Source: an uncultured Thermomicrobiales bacterium (GTDB lineage Bacteria; Chloroflexota; Chloroflexia; Thermomicrobiales; UBA6265). From it: DNA of 61,332 nt. The notes under the pieces were generated by a model. The model did not search any database. It saw only the letters and a list, made by a program, of their open reading frames with translations, and was not told where the DNA came from. Of the stretch, positions 17,646 through 27,597 are shown piece after piece. The stretch lies in contig CADCWF010000251.1 of the NCBI GenBank assembly GCA_902806345.1, positions 1-61,332 on the forward strand, read 5' to 3'. Both the position numbers and the translations under genes were made by a program. Positions within the stretch are counted from its first letter, which is position 1, and each line of letters opens with the position of its first letter.

Positions 17646-18683
17646 TCACGCGGCTCGGCAGCGCCCCGGCACGAACCGCCGTTCCCGCACCTCGGCAGCG
17701 GCCATCTCGCTCATCTGGACGACGTAGGTCTTGCCGGCGACGGTCGAGACGGCAGCGGGGTTGCCGTCGCGGTCGACGGCGACGATGTTGACCTCGCTCT
17801 TGTAGGGATCGGGCAGGGCGTGCAGATCCTCGGCGGCGAGGGTCAGGGCGTCGTCGAGCGTGCGGCCGAAGCGCATCGCCATGACGACCGAGTGGGCGGT
17901 GCAGAGGCGCTGCGCCATCTCGCCCCGGCCGGTGCAGGCGGCGGCGCCGAAGCGGTCGTCGGCGTAGTTGCCAGCGCCGACGATGGGGGAGTCTCCCAGC
18001 CGGCCCGGGTACTTCCAGGCCCAGCCCGAGGTGCTGACGCCGCAGGCGAGATGTCCCGCCGCGTCGCGGGCGATGACGTTGACGGTCCCGTGGACATCGT
18101 CCGGTATCCGGAGCGGTCTTGGGGTCGGGGCGCCGGGCGGATCCGGAGGAGCGACCGAAGCCGAGGCGAGGTCGGGGGGCAGCACCGGGTCTGGATCCGG
18201 GTGCTCCGGGTCGCGTGCCAGGCCGGCGACGAGGTCGCGCACGCGCGCCAGGTAGGCCGAGTCGTCCGGCAGCCGGTCGTCCAGCCGTGAGCGCCAGATT
18301 CGCTCCGCCTCCGGCGTCAGGAGGTCGATTGGCTCCAGCCTGGCCTCGGCCGCAAGCCGCGCCGCGCCGGCACCGACGACCAGTACGTGCGGCAGCGTGT
18401 CCATGACGACGCGGGCGAGGGCGATCGCGTCCCGGTAGCCGGCGAGGGCGCCGACCGAGCCGGTGGCGAGGGTCGCACCGTCCATCAGGCTCGCGTCGAG
18501 CTCGACCTCGCCGAGGAGGTTTGGCAGGCCCCCGTAGCCGACCGAGTGGTCGTCCGGGTTCGCCTCGACGGCCGCGACCGCCGCGACGACGGCGTCCACG
18601 GCGTTGCCTCCGGCTTGGAGGAGCTCCATCGCGGGCGGGAAGCCGATCGCGGCGTTCGAGCTGCCGACGAGGAGCAGGGTCAC
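17646..18683 (-). CDS. Isoaspartyl peptidase / glycosylasparaginase (type 2 asparaginase, Ntn hydrolase)
   Basis: SVGYGGLPN, ELDASLMDG, autoprocessing HG|TVNVIARD, STSG, and GRLGDSPIVGAG. GTG start overlaps the upstream stop (GTGA). Confidence 0.9.
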   Translation of the reverse strand: MTLLLVGSSNAAIGFPPAMELLQAGGNAVDAVVAAVAAVEANPDDHSVGYGGLPNLLGEVELDASLMDGATLATGSVGALAGYRDAIALARVVMDTLPHVLVVGAGAARLAAEARLEPIDLLTPEAERIWRSRLDDRLPDDSAYLARVRDLVAGLARDPEHPDPDPVLPPDLASASVAPPDPPGAPTPRPLRIPDDVHGTVNVIARDAAGHLACGVSTSGWAWKYPGRLGDSPIVGAGNYADDRFGAAACTGRGEMAQRLCTAHSVVMAMRFGRTLDDALTLAAEDLHALPDPYKSEVNIVAVDRDGNPAAVSTVAGKTYVVQMSEMAAAEVRERRFVPGRCRAA

Positions 18684-19750
18684 GGCGTCCTCGCGGCCGC
18701 GGCGCCGGCGGACGCGGGCAACCCTTCCGCCAACGCCCGGCTGACCTCGTCGGTCGTCCACTCCGGAAGCGGTCGCCGGCCGTCGGCAGTCACGAGCACG
18801 AACCCCTCGGCCTCGGGGACGACCTCGCCGATGTCGGCGATTGGGATGCCGGCGTCGTCGGCGGCAGCGGCGAGCGTGGGCACGGCATCCGGCCGGGCCG
18901 CGACGAGCAGGGCACCGGAGGCGAGCATGCCGAGCGGGTCGAGGCCGAAGGCGGCAGCGACCGCTCGCGTCTCCGGCAGGATCGGCAGCCGGTCCTCGAA
19001 GAGGAGCGCGCCGCAGTTCGACGCGCTTCCCATTTCCCGAACACCCATCCCGAGTCCGCCCTCGGTCGGGTCGTGGAGGGCGGCGACGCCGCCGACCGGG
19101 AGGAGGACGTCGACGTCGCGGACCACCGAAATGCCGGGTTCCATGAGCAGGTGCTGGGCGCGCTGGACGGTCTCCTCGCCCAGCACGGCGGCGAGTTCGG
19201 CGGCGCTCTCCCGCGCCAGCAGGGCCGTGCCTTCGAGGGCGATCCCCTTCGTCAGGAGCAGGCGGTCGCCGGGCCGGGCGCCTCCGGGCAGGAGCAGACC
19301 GTCGTGGCTCGTGTCGCCGAGCATCATGCCGACGAGGATCGTCCGGTCCAGCCCCGCCGTCACCTCGGTGTGACCACCGACGAGGGCGATGCTTCGCGCC
19401 GCGCAGGCGGCGGCGAGCTCCGCGAACTGCGACTCGACCTCCTCGGCGCCGACGCCCTCCGGGAGCAGAGCAGTAACGAGCAGCCAGCGGGGGCGGGCGC
19501 CGAGACAGGCGAGGTCGTTGCCGTTGACGTCCACCAGGTAGGTGGCGGCATGGTCGGTGGCGAAGGTGATCGGGTCGGTCTTGGCGACCAGGATACGGTC
19601 GCCGAACGCGATAGCGGCTGCATCACGGCCGATGCCGGGGCCAACGATGACGCTGCCGTCGTGAGGCGCGTAGGTGGCCAGGAGTCGGGCCAGGAACGAC
19701 GACGGCAGCTTGCCGACCCCAAACCGCTCGCCCTGTCGTCCGTCCGTCAC
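18680..19750 (-). CDS. AIR synthase-related protein (PurM/HypE/ThiL superfamily)
   Basis: GKLP, GPGIGRDAA, KTDPITF, NDLACLGARP, GGHTEVT, PGDRLLLTK, and ALHDPTEGGL. Confidence 0.88.
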   Translation of the reverse strand: MTDGRQGERFGVGKLPSSFLARLLATYAPHDGSVIVGPGIGRDAAAIAFGDRILVAKTDPITFATDHAATYLVDVNGNDLACLGARPRWLLVTALLPEGVGAEEVESQFAELAAACAARSIALVGGHTEVTAGLDRTILVGMMLGDTSHDGLLLPGGARPGDRLLLTKGIALEGTALLARESAAELAAVLGEETVQRAQHLLMEPGISVVRDVDVLLPVGGVAALHDPTEGGLGMGVREMGSASNCGALLFEDRLPILPETRAVAAAFGLDPLGMLASGALLVAARPDAVPTLAAAADDAGIPIADIGEVVPEAEGFVLVTADGRRPLPEWTTDEVSRALAEGLPASAGAAAARTP

Positions 19751-20037
19751 GATACGATCACCTGCTCCGATAGTGGCGAGACCTCACGAATCGTCGCGCG
19801 TAGCCCGCCAGGACCACTATCGCCGTCCCGGGCCCCGTGTGGCGGCAGCCTCGCTGATGCGGCCGCCGCTCTCGGCGACGGTGACGGGGTGGCGCCTCGG
19901 GTCTTCGGTCGCCGGCCACGCCACGGCCCGTCGATGCTCCGGTCTTGCCGCCGTCGCCATGGTCCCGTGCCGCTCTGGACCCACGAGCGCCAGCGGCCAC
20001 GGCGCCGGCCTCGACCCCCTCCCCCTGGGACCACCTC

Positions 20038-20349
20038 CTAGAATGGCACCTCAGCCAGCGGCACCGCGCCGCCTGCTGGCCATTCCTCCTCACCGTCGGC
20101 GCCCGCCCGCGCCTCGGCGAACGCCTCGATCTCGGTGATCCGCAACTCCGCCTCGGCCAGGAAGCGCTCGCAGCGGTCGGCGAGGAGGACGCCGAGCTCG
20201 TAGCAGGCCACGGTCTCCGCCAGCGGCAACGAGCCGCGTTCGAGGTGGCCGACGACCGCTTCGAGGGTGGCATGGACCTCCTCGAACGTCCCCTGGTGGA
20301 GCGCCCACTCCCACTCGGCGAACGGCGTCTCCGGCACGTGCCCGTTCAT
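20038..20349 (-). CDS. xseB: Exodeoxyribonuclease VII small subunit
   Basis: TFEEVHATLEAVVGHLERGSLPLAETVACYELGVLLADRCERFLAEAELRI; ATGA overlap with the xseA stop. Confidence 0.9.
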   Translation of the reverse strand: MNGHVPETPFAEWEWALHQGTFEEVHATLEAVVGHLERGSLPLAETVACYELGVLLADRCERFLAEAELRITEIEAFAEARAGADGEEEWPAGGAVPLAEVPF

Positions 20350-21578
20350 CGAGCCGCCCCGACCTCGGCGAAAGCAACACGCTCGATCCGCCCGTCGACG
20401 GCGCCATCGGCAAGCGTGGCGACGAACGACTGCCCTGCCCGCGCGTCGGCCGCTCGGGCGATCGGCCTGCCGGACAGCGGATCGGCGAGCAGGGCGTAGC
20501 CGCGGCCGAGGGCGGAGTCCGGATCGAGCACCCGCAGCAGGTCGCGGCCGGCACCGAGGCGCGCCCGCCACTCGTCGCGGACCACCCTCACGTGCCAGGC
20601 CATCGTCGTCCGGGCGTCCTGGATGGCGTGTCGGCGGTCGGCGAGCATCTGTGACGGGTGGAGTCGGTCCAGTCGAGCCGCAAGGTGGTCGACGCGCGCG
20701 CCTTCACGCTCCAGCGCGCCTCCGCCGGCGAGGTCGAGCCGTTCCTTCGCCTGCACGATCCGCTCCTCGATCTCTGCCAGCGACGGCACGCACTGCTCCG
20801 CCGCGGCAGAGGGGGTCGGAGCGCGAAGGTCTGCGGCAAGGTCGATCAGGGTGATGTCGGTCTCGTGGCCGACGCCGGTGACGACCGGGATGCGGCAGGC
20901 GAAGACGGCGCGAACGACGGCCTCGGCGTTGAACGCCGCCAGATCCTCGGCCGAGCCACCACCACGGGCGACGATGACGACCTCGGAGCGCCCATCGGCC
21001 TGGAGCGCGTCGAGGGCGGCGACGATCGACTCCGGGGCACCGTCGCCTTGGACCTTGGCCGGGGCCAGGATCAGGTGGGTGAGGGGGTAGCGGCGGCGGA
21101 CGACGTGCTGGATGTCGTGCCAGACGGCACCGGAGGCGGAGGTGACGACGCCAACGAAGCGCGGCGCCGGCGGCAATGGCCGCTTGCGGGCCGGATCGAA
21201 GATCCCTTCCGCCTCCAACCGCTGACGCAGCCGCTCGAACTCCAGCGCCGCCAACCCGAGCCCGGTCGGCTGGACGGAGTCGACGATGACCTGGACCTCG
21301 CCGCTCCGGGCGTAGAGGTCGAAGGCGCCGTGGAGGGTGATCTGGAGACCGTTGCGGGGAAGGTGGGCCTGGCGCAGCAGTTGACCCCGGAAGAGGACGC
21401 ACTTGAGGCTCGCCTCGGCGTCGACCAGCGAGAAGTAGACGTGGCCGCTCTTGGGCTGCCGGGCGTCGACCACCTCGCCGGTCACCCAGACATCGCTGAG
21501 GAGCGGGTCGAGCGCGAGGACATCGTGCAGGTAGTCGGCGAGCTGGCCGACCGAGAGCGGCTGCGGCTGCGCGGTCAC
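20346..21578 (-). CDS. xseA: Exodeoxyribonuclease VII large subunit
   Basis: SGHVYFSL OB-fold, VVTSASGAVWHDI, VARGGGSAEDL, GVGHETD, and RAPTPSAAAE. Confidence 0.96.
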   Translation of the reverse strand: MTAQPQPLSVGQLADYLHDVLALDPLLSDVWVTGEVVDARQPKSGHVYFSLVDAEASLKCVLFRGQLLRQAHLPRNGLQITLHGAFDLYARSGEVQVIVDSVQPTGLGLAALEFERLRQRLEAEGIFDPARKRPLPPAPRFVGVVTSASGAVWHDIQHVVRRRYPLTHLILAPAKVQGDGAPESIVAALDALQADGRSEVVIVARGGGSAEDLAAFNAEAVVRAVFACRIPVVTGVGHETDITLIDLAADLRAPTPSAAAEQCVPSLAEIEERIVQAKERLDLAGGGALEREGARVDHLAARLDRLHPSQMLADRRHAIQDARTTMAWHVRVVRDEWRARLGAGRDLLRVLDPDSALGRGYALLADPLSGRPIARAADARAGQSFVATLADGAVDGRIERVAFAEVGAAR

Positions 21579-22063
21579 GGCGCGCTGCTCCGCTCGGGGC
21601 GGAGGCGGATCAACGGCGTCCCGAACTCGACCGGCTGGGCGTTCGCGACCAGCATCTCTTCCACGACACCGCCCGACTCGGCCGGGATCTCGTTCATGAT
21701 CTTCATCGCCTCGATGATCCCGATGATCTGCCCGGCGGCAACCGTGTCGCCGGTCTCGACGAAGGGCGGCGCCCCGGGCGAGGGCGAGGCGTAGAAGGTG
21801 CCGATCATCGGCGCCGTCAGGAGGTCGCCGGGAACGTCCAGGGACGTCAGCGGCTCCGGCTCGGCAGGTCCGCCGCCATCGCTCGACGCGACGGGCGCCG
21901 GACCGCCCCGCAGCCGGATCGAGACGTTGCCGAAGGCAAGGTCGAGCTCGGTCATGCCGCCGCCACGCATCATGCCGACGAGGGAGCGCACGAGCGACTC
22001 GATCTCGGCGGTCGCGGGCTCGTCCGCGGATGTCCCCGGTTGTGGCCTGCGGCCGGTCGTCAC
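21575..22063 (-). CDS. accB: Biotin carboxyl carrier protein
   Basis: TAPMIGTFYASPSPGAPPFV and biotinylation motif IEAMKIMNEI. Confidence 0.94.
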   Translation of the reverse strand: MTTGRRPQPGTSADEPATAEIESLVRSLVGMMRGGGMTELDLAFGNVSIRLRGGPAPVASSDGGGPAEPEPLTSLDVPGDLLTAPMIGTFYASPSPGAPPFVETGDTVAAGQIIGIIEAMKIMNEIPAESGGVVEEMLVANAQPVEFGTPLIRLRPERSSAP

Positions 22064-22624
22064 CTAGGAGACCCGCTCGATGTACTCGCCCGTCCGGGTG
22101 TCGACCTTGAGGACGTCGCCGGGGTTGACGAAGAGCGGCACGTTGACGACGAGACCGGTCTCCAGGGTCGCCGGCTTGGTGGCGCCGCTGGCGGTGTCGC
22201 CCTTGAGGCCCGGGTCGCTGGCGGCGACGACGAGGTTGACGGAGGTCGGCAGCTCGATGTCGATCGGCTCCTCGTCGTAGACGAGGAGATCGACGACATC
22301 GTTCTCCTTGATGAACCGGGCGGCATCGCCGACCGCCTGCCGGGTGAGGGCGATCTGGTCGTACGACTCGGTGTCCATGAAGTGGAGCTGGTCGCCGTCC
22401 GGGTAGAGGAACTGGACGTGTCGCCGCTCCAGCCGGACGGAGGTGAACCTAGCGCCGGCCTGGACCGTCTGCTGGGTCAGAGCCCCGGTCCGGAGGTCGC
22501 GCAGGGTCATCCGGAGCTGGGCCGAACCGCGGCCCTGCTTGTTGTGCGAGAAGTCGACCACCTTGACGAGCCGGCCATCGATGTCCAGCGTCGAGCCCTT
22601 GCGGATATCTCCCGTATCGATCAT
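22064..22624 (-). CDS. efp: Translation elongation factor P (KQGRG loop)
   Basis: PGLKGDTASGATKPATLETG, VNVPLFVNPGD, and KVDTRTGEYIERV. Confidence 0.97.
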   Translation of the reverse strand: MIDTGDIRKGSTLDIDGRLVKVVDFSHNKQGRGSAQLRMTLRDLRTGALTQQTVQAGARFTSVRLERRHVQFLYPDGDQLHFMDTESYDQIALTRQAVGDAARFIKENDVVDLLVYDEEPIDIELPTSVNLVVAASDPGLKGDTASGATKPATLETGLVVNVPLFVNPGDVLKVDTRTGEYIERVS

Positions 22625-22661
22625 GCCGTCAACAACTCCCGATTGGCGCCCGTGGCGTGGC

Positions 22662-23759
22662 TCACGGCGCCAGCTTCGGCGCGCCCGTCAGGATCCGCGC
22701 CCCGGTTTCTTCGATCACGACCACGTCTTCGATCCGGACCCCACCCCAGTCGGGGAGGTAGATGCCGGGCTCGATCGTGACAACGTGGCCGGTCAGCAGT
22801 TCGTCCGTGCCTTCTTTCCGCAGCGATGGTGCCTCATGCACCTTGATCCCGAGGCCGTGGCCCGTCCCGTGGGTGAACTCGTCGCCGTAGCCCGCTGCGG
22901 CGATTGGCTCGCGAGCGAGCGCGTCGGCGTCGTTGCCGCTCATCCCAACCACGAGACCAGAGGCGACCGCGGCGTTCGCGCCAAACACGATAGTGTAGAG
23001 CGTGCGCAACCTCTCCGTCGGCTCGCCGACCCAGATGGTCCTGGTCAGGTCGGCGTTGTAGCCGCGCAGACGAGCACCCATGTCGATGACGACCGGCTCG
23101 CTCTCCTCAATCTGGCGGTCGGTCGGATCGTGGTGGGGGCGGGCGGCGTGGGGGCCGGCGGCGACGATCGTGCCGAAACCGGGCCCCTCGGCGCCGAGGT
23201 CGCGCATCGCCTGATCCAGCCGCGCCGCGAGCTGTTTCTCGGTGGTCCCCGCTGCCAGGTCCGTCGTCGCCGCGACGAACGCCTCGTCGGTGATCCGGAT
23301 CGCCTCGGCAATGATGGCGAGCTCAGAAGCGTCTTTCCGGGAGCGCAACTCGTCGACCAGCCGCCCGAGGCGGACGACCTCGGTTCTCCCCTCCAGTCCC
23401 TCTTCGATCCCGGTGAGGGCGGCGACGGTGAGCGCCTCGTCCTCGATCCCGAGCTTGGCGATTCCGTCGCCCTTCAGCGCCTTGCCGAGTTCGAGCGGCC
23501 AGGGCCTTCCCCAGTCGACCGCCTCGATGCCGGCGGCCACCGCGGCAGCCGCCCACGGGAGGTTGACGATGCTGGTGAAGAAGCGTGCCCGATCGCGGTC
23601 GACGACGAGCATCCCCTCCGGTTCGTCCGGACCGTGGTCGTCGACGATGAAGCCGGAAAGGTAGCCGCGGTTCGCCGGGTGGCTGACGACGGCGGCGTCG
23701 ATGCCCTGTTCCGCCAGGGTCTCCCGCAACCGGGCGAGCCTCGGTCCAACCTCGGTCAT
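22662..23759 (-). CDS. Xaa-Pro aminopeptidase/dipeptidase (M24B)
   Basis: Creatinase N-domain, PHH, IDMG...[32 protein letters not shown], and GGVRIED. Confidence 0.94.
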   Translation of the reverse strand: MTEVGPRLARLRETLAEQGIDAAVVSHPANRGYLSGFIVDDHGPDEPEGMLVVDRDRARFFTSIVNLPWAAAAVAAGIEAVDWGRPWPLELGKALKGDGIAKLGIEDEALTVAALTGIEEGLEGRTEVVRLGRLVDELRSRKDASELAIIAEAIRITDEAFVAATTDLAAGTTEKQLAARLDQAMRDLGAEGPGFGTIVAAGPHAARPHHDPTDRQIEESEPVVIDMGARLRGYNADLTRTIWVGEPTERLRTLYTIVFGANAAVASGLVVGMSGNDADALAREPIAAAGYGDEFTHGTGHGLGIKVHEAPSLRKEGTDELLTGHVVTIEPGIYLPDWGGVRIEDVVVIEETGARILTGAPKLAP

Positions 23760-24274
23760 CCCGTATCCTCCTGATGATCCAACACGACGTTCTCGAGCAG
23801 GAAGCGCAGCGCCAGCGCGTAGCCGGCAGGACCCAGCCCGGCGATCTGGCCGACGACGACCGGCGCGGTCACCGACCGGTGGCGGAACGGCTCGCGGGCG
23901 TGGACGTTCGAGAGGTGGACCTCGACCGCCGGGCTGCCGACGGCGGCGAGGGCATCCCGCAGGGCGATGCCGTAGTGGGTGAGGGCGCCCGGGTTGATGA
24001 CGATGCCGAGGGCGTCTCCGCCGTGCTCGTGGATGGCGTCGATCAGCACCCCCTCGTGGTTCGACTGGAGGCAGACTACCCGCACCACCGGCGCCAACTC
24101 GGCGGCGAGCGCCACGAGCGACGCGTCGATCTCGGCCAGGGTGACCCGGCCGTAGACTCCCGGCTCGCGGCTGCCGAGCAGGTTGAGGTTGGGTCCGTGC
24201 AGCACGAGCACGAGCGCCTCGGTCTGGCGCCCCTGGTTCGTCGCATCGTCGGAGGGCGTCGTCGGGTCCGGCAT
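23756..24274 (-). CDS. aroQ: Type II 3-dehydroquinate dehydratase
   Basis: [31 protein letters not shown], and [15 protein letters not shown]. Confidence 0.96.
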   Translation of the reverse strand: MPDPTTPSDDATNQGRQTEALVLVLHGPNLNLLGSREPGVYGRVTLAEIDASLVALAAELAPVVRVVCLQSNHEGVLIDAIHEHGGDALGIVINPGALTHYGIALRDALAAVGSPAVEVHLSNVHAREPFRHRSVTAPVVVGQIAGLGPAGYALALRFLLENVVLDHQEDTG

Positions 24275-24276
24275 CC

Positions 24277-26313
24277 CTACGACGGCTGGCCGACCACCGG
24301 GTCGACCTCCATGATCCGTCGCAACTCGACGATCTGGTCGCGCAGCAGCGCCGCCTTCTCGAACTCGAGGTCGCGGGCGGCCTGTTTCATCTGCCCTTCG
24401 ACATCCTTGACCAGCCGTGCCAGTTCATCCCGCGGGATCTCGGCGATGATCCCCGGCTTGCCGTTGCCGTTGCCGTTGCCGCTCCCGACCTGGTACTCGG
24501 CGCGCTCCTCGGCGACCGCCTTGACCCGGTCGGTCAGGTCCTTGATCTCCTTGACGATGCCCCGCGGCTCGATGCCGTGGGTCTCGTTGTGGGCGAGCTG
24601 GATGGCGCGGCGGCGGTAGGTCTCGTCGATCGCGGCTTTCATCGACCGCGTCATCGTGTCGGCGTACATCACGACCTGGCCGTCGACGTGGCGGGCGGCC
24701 CGGCCGATCGTCTGGATCAGCGAGCCCTCCGAGCGGAGGAACCCTTCCTTGTCGGCGTCCAGGATCGCGACCAGCGACACCTCCGGCAGGTCGAGCCCTT
24801 CCCGCAGGAGGTTGATCCCGACGACCACGTCGTAGATGCCGAGCCGGAGATCGCGCAGGATCTCGATCCGCTCCAGGGTGTCGATCTCGGAGTGGAGATA
24901 GTGGGTGCGGACCCCCGCCTCCTTCAGGTAGTCCGCGAGGTCCTCCGCCATCCGCTTGGTGAGCGTGGTGACGAGGGCGCGGTGGCCCTGGGCGACGCGG
25001 CCATTGATCTCGCCGAGGAGGTCGTCGATCTGGCCCTTCGTCGGGCGGACCGAGATGGCCGGGTCGATCAGCCCGGTCGGCCGGATCACCTGCTGGACGG
25101 TCCGCTCGGAGTGCTCCTGCTCGTATGGCCCCGGCGTCGCCGAGACGAAGATGACCTGGTTCAGCATCCGCTCGAACTCGGCGAAGGTGAGCGGCCGGTT
25201 GTCCCGGGCCGAGGGCAGGCGGAACCCGTGCTCGACGAGGACGTCCTTGCGGGCGCGGTCGCCGGCGTACATCCCCCGCACCTGCGGCAGCGAGATGTGC
25301 GACTCGTCGACGAACATCAGGAAGTCGTCGGGAAAGTAGTCCATCAGGGTCGAGGGCTGCTCGCCCGGCTTCCGCCGCGAGAGGTGCATCGAGTAGTTCT
25401 CGACGCCGGAGCAGTAGCCGGTCTCCTGGAGCATCTCCAGGTCGTACATCGTCCGCTGCTTGAGGCGGGCGGCCTCCAACAGCTTGCCCTGGGCCTCGAA
25501 CTCGGCCAGCCGCTCAGCCAGCTCCCCCTCGATGTCGCCGATGGCCTCCTTCAGCTTGCTCTCGGAGGTCACGAAGTGCTTGGCCGGGAAGATCTCGATC
25601 TCCATCCGCTCGACCAGCAACTCGCCAGTCAAGGGGTCGACCTCGACGATCCGCTCGACCTCGTCACCGAAGAACTCGACCCGGACCGCGATCTCCTCGT
25701 AGGCCGGGTAGATCTCCAGGGTGTCGCCGCGGACCCGGAACGAGCCGCGGACGAGCGTCATGTCGTTGCGGTCGTACTGGATGTCGATCAGGTGGCGGAC
25801 GACCTTGTCGCGGCGGGTCTGGCCGCCGCGGCGGAGGGAGACAACCGTCTTGGCGTACTCCTCGGGTGAACCGAGGCCGTAGATGCAGGAGACGGAGGCG
25901 ACGATGATCACGTCGCGCCGGGTCAGCAGGGCCCGGGTCGCGGCGTGGCGGAGCTTGTCGATCTCCTCGTTGATGTCGGAATCTTTCTCGATGAAGGTGT
26001 CGGTCCGGGGAACGTAGGCCTCAGGCTGGTAGTAGTCGTAGTAGGAGACGAAGTACTCGACCGCGTTCTGGGGGAAGAACTCCTTGAACTCGGAGTAGAG
26101 CTGGGCGGCCAGGGTCTTGTTGTGGGCGAGGACGATGGTCGGCCGGTTGGTCCGCTCGATCACGTTGGCCATCGTGAAGGTCTTGCCGGAGCCGGTGACG
26201 CCGAGCAGGGTCTGGTTCTTGTACGTGTTGTCGAGCCCCTCGACAAGACCCTCGATCGCGGCCGGCTGGTCGCCCGTCGGTCGGAGGTCGGAGACGATCT
26301 TGAAATCGGGCAT
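24277..26313 (-). CDS. uvrB: Excinuclease ABC subunit B
   Basis: [40 protein letters not shown], and a C-terminal UVR domain. Start at ATG 26313 (MPDFKIVS). Confidence 0.98.
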   Translation of the reverse strand: MPDFKIVSDLRPTGDQPAAIEGLVEGLDNTYKNQTLLGVTGSGKTFTMANVIERTNRPTIVLAHNKTLAAQLYSEFKEFFPQNAVEYFVSYYDYYQPEAYVPRTDTFIEKDSDINEEIDKLRHAATRALLTRRDVIIVASVSCIYGLGSPEEYAKTVVSLRRGGQTRRDKVVRHLIDIQYDRNDMTLVRGSFRVRGDTLEIYPAYEEIAVRVEFFGDEVERIVEVDPLTGELLVERMEIEIFPAKHFVTSESKLKEAIGDIEGELAERLAEFEAQGKLLEAARLKQRTMYDLEMLQETGYCSGVENYSMHLSRRKPGEQPSTLMDYFPDDFLMFVDESHISLPQVRGMYAGDRARKDVLVEHGFRLPSARDNRPLTFAEFERMLNQVIFVSATPGPYEQEHSERTVQQVIRPTGLIDPAISVRPTKGQIDDLLGEINGRVAQGHRALVTTLTKRMAEDLADYLKEAGVRTHYLHSEIDTLERIEILRDLRLGIYDVVVGINLLREGLDLPEVSLVAILDADKEGFLRSEGSLIQTIGRAARHVDGQVVMYADTMTRSMKAAIDETYRRRAIQLAHNETHGIEPRGIVKEIKDLTDRVKAVAEERAEYQVGSGNGNGNGKPGIIAEIPRDELARLVKDVEGQMKQAARDLEFEKAALLRDQIVELRRIMEVDPVVGQPS

Positions 26314-26406
26314 CAGTCGGCGCTCCGGACGCAATCACGGCCCGCGCCAAAAAGCGGGGCCGGAACGAGAAGTATACCCCGGACCGGTCGACCGAGGCCG
26401 ACGGAA

Positions 26407-26868
26407 TCAGGTCAGCCGGTAGAACTCCGCGTCGGGCCCGCCGAGGCCGATCACTTCGTCGATGTGGCGGACCGCCCACCGCTGGCCGGACCAGAGGAGG
26501 CGCGCGGTCGCTTCCTCCCGCTCGCACCAGGCGTGGTCGCTGAAGGCCTCGCCGAGGATGACTTGGGAGCGCGGCGGCACCGCGAAGGCGAAGACCGGGG
26601 CCAGCACGATCGCATCCCGGGTGTGGTCGTAGACCTGATTGACGTAGTCGGCCGAGAACGCCTCGGCGGGGGCCAACCCGGTGGCGTCGAGGACGGCGCG
26701 GCTGGCCGCCTCGAAGGCGGTCTCGGCCGGGTCGATCGTCTCGTGGACTGCCTGCCAGGTGTTGCCGAGCGGGGCGTCCGGCCGCCGCAGCAGGAGGAGG
26801 AACTGGAGGCGGGCGTGCATTCGGCGGAAGACGTAGGCGTCGACCAGGTCGGAGACGATCGTCGGCAT
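26407..26868 (-). CDS. NUDIX-fold protein (NudB-like) with degenerate Nudix box
   Basis: FLLLLRR...WQAVHETIDPAETAFEAASRAVLDATGL, and a C-terminal HxxxxW-like segment (FSDHAWC). Confidence 0.8.
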   Translation of the reverse strand: MPTIVSDLVDAYVFRRMHARLQFLLLLRRPDAPLGNTWQAVHETIDPAETAFEAASRAVLDATGLAPAEAFSADYVNQVYDHTRDAIVLAPVFAFAVPPRSQVILGEAFSDHAWCEREEATARLLWSGQRWAVRHIDEVIGLGGPDAEFYRLT

Positions 26869-26983
26869 CGGGGCGCTCCCGGCGGGGCGAACGGCGGGCG
26901 GCGCCGGCCGCGGCGCGAGGGTGTTCGCGTCCGGGCCGGCGGACTGTAGCACAGGGCGGCGGCGCTCCCGCCGCCCGAGCTCG

Positions 26984-27412
26984 TCAGCGCCGTGGCGGCC
27001 CGGGGCGACGGAAGGGGGTGGGTGGGCGTCCCGGCAGGTCGCCGAGGTCGCGACCGCGCCAGCGGTTGCCAGTGCCGGGGCCGGTCGAGGGGGCGAACCA
27101 GAGCGAGCAGAACACGGCGAACGCGAAGACGCCGAGCAGCGACGCCGCGAGCGGCGAGACGCCCCGCACCAGCGACCCGAGGAGGGCGAGAGCAACGGCA
27201 CCGAGCAGAGGAGCGAGGGGGCCGCGGAGGTCGAACCGGCCCTGGTGGGCCGCCGCCCGTCCGAGGCTCACCTTGCCCTCGCGTGCCTTGGATCGCACCT
27301 GATCGGCGACCGTCGGCGGGCGGTCGGCTTTCTGCAAGATTTCCAGGACCTCGTCCTCGACCCGGCTCCGCCTCGGCGGTTCGCCCTGAGGGGGGTGGTC
27401 TTGCACATCCAT
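26984..27412 (-). CDS. Hypothetical membrane protein
   Basis: Charged N-terminus (RVEDEVLEILQKAD), two hydrophobic helices, and a C-terminal RWRGRDL motif. Confidence 0.7.
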   Translation of the reverse strand: MDVQDHPPQGEPPRRSRVEDEVLEILQKADRPPTVADQVRSKAREGKVSLGRAAAHQGRFDLRGPLAPLLGAVALALLGSLVRGVSPLAASLLGVFAFAVFCSLWFAPSTGPGTGNRWRGRDLGDLPGRPPTPFRRPGPPRR

Positions 27413-27597
27413 CGAGCACCGTCCTGTTGTCGGGGGTCGGGGTGTCGGGGGTGGCTACGCCCCGGTCGGGGCGTTCGCCCATGGTACAGTCAGCGCCGCA
27501 TCCGTGTCGGGGTCTGCGCCACCCGGATGCCGAACCCCCGCCGCCTCTACGCCGCCGTTGCGACTCCGCTCGCCGGACCGCCGCCACGGGATCCCCC

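Noticed and set aside
19768-19822. 9-bp inverted repeat (CGATAGTGG / CCACTATCG) upstream of the AIR-synthase-like gene; considered as a TPP or other riboswitch
   Set aside because: No riboswitch consensus elements are visible, and a single short stem is not enough evidence.
13330-24490. Short NGNGNG codon runs in rpoN (about 13330-13395) and uvrB (about 24460-24485)
   Set aside because: In-frame low-complexity linkers only a few units long; not a phase-variable tract or a shared element.
26355-26380. Possible LexA box (GAAC-N4-GTTC) upstream of uvrB
   Set aside because: Only one half-site is present (GAACGAGAAGTA). The adjacent minus-strand TATACT is more likely a -10 element.
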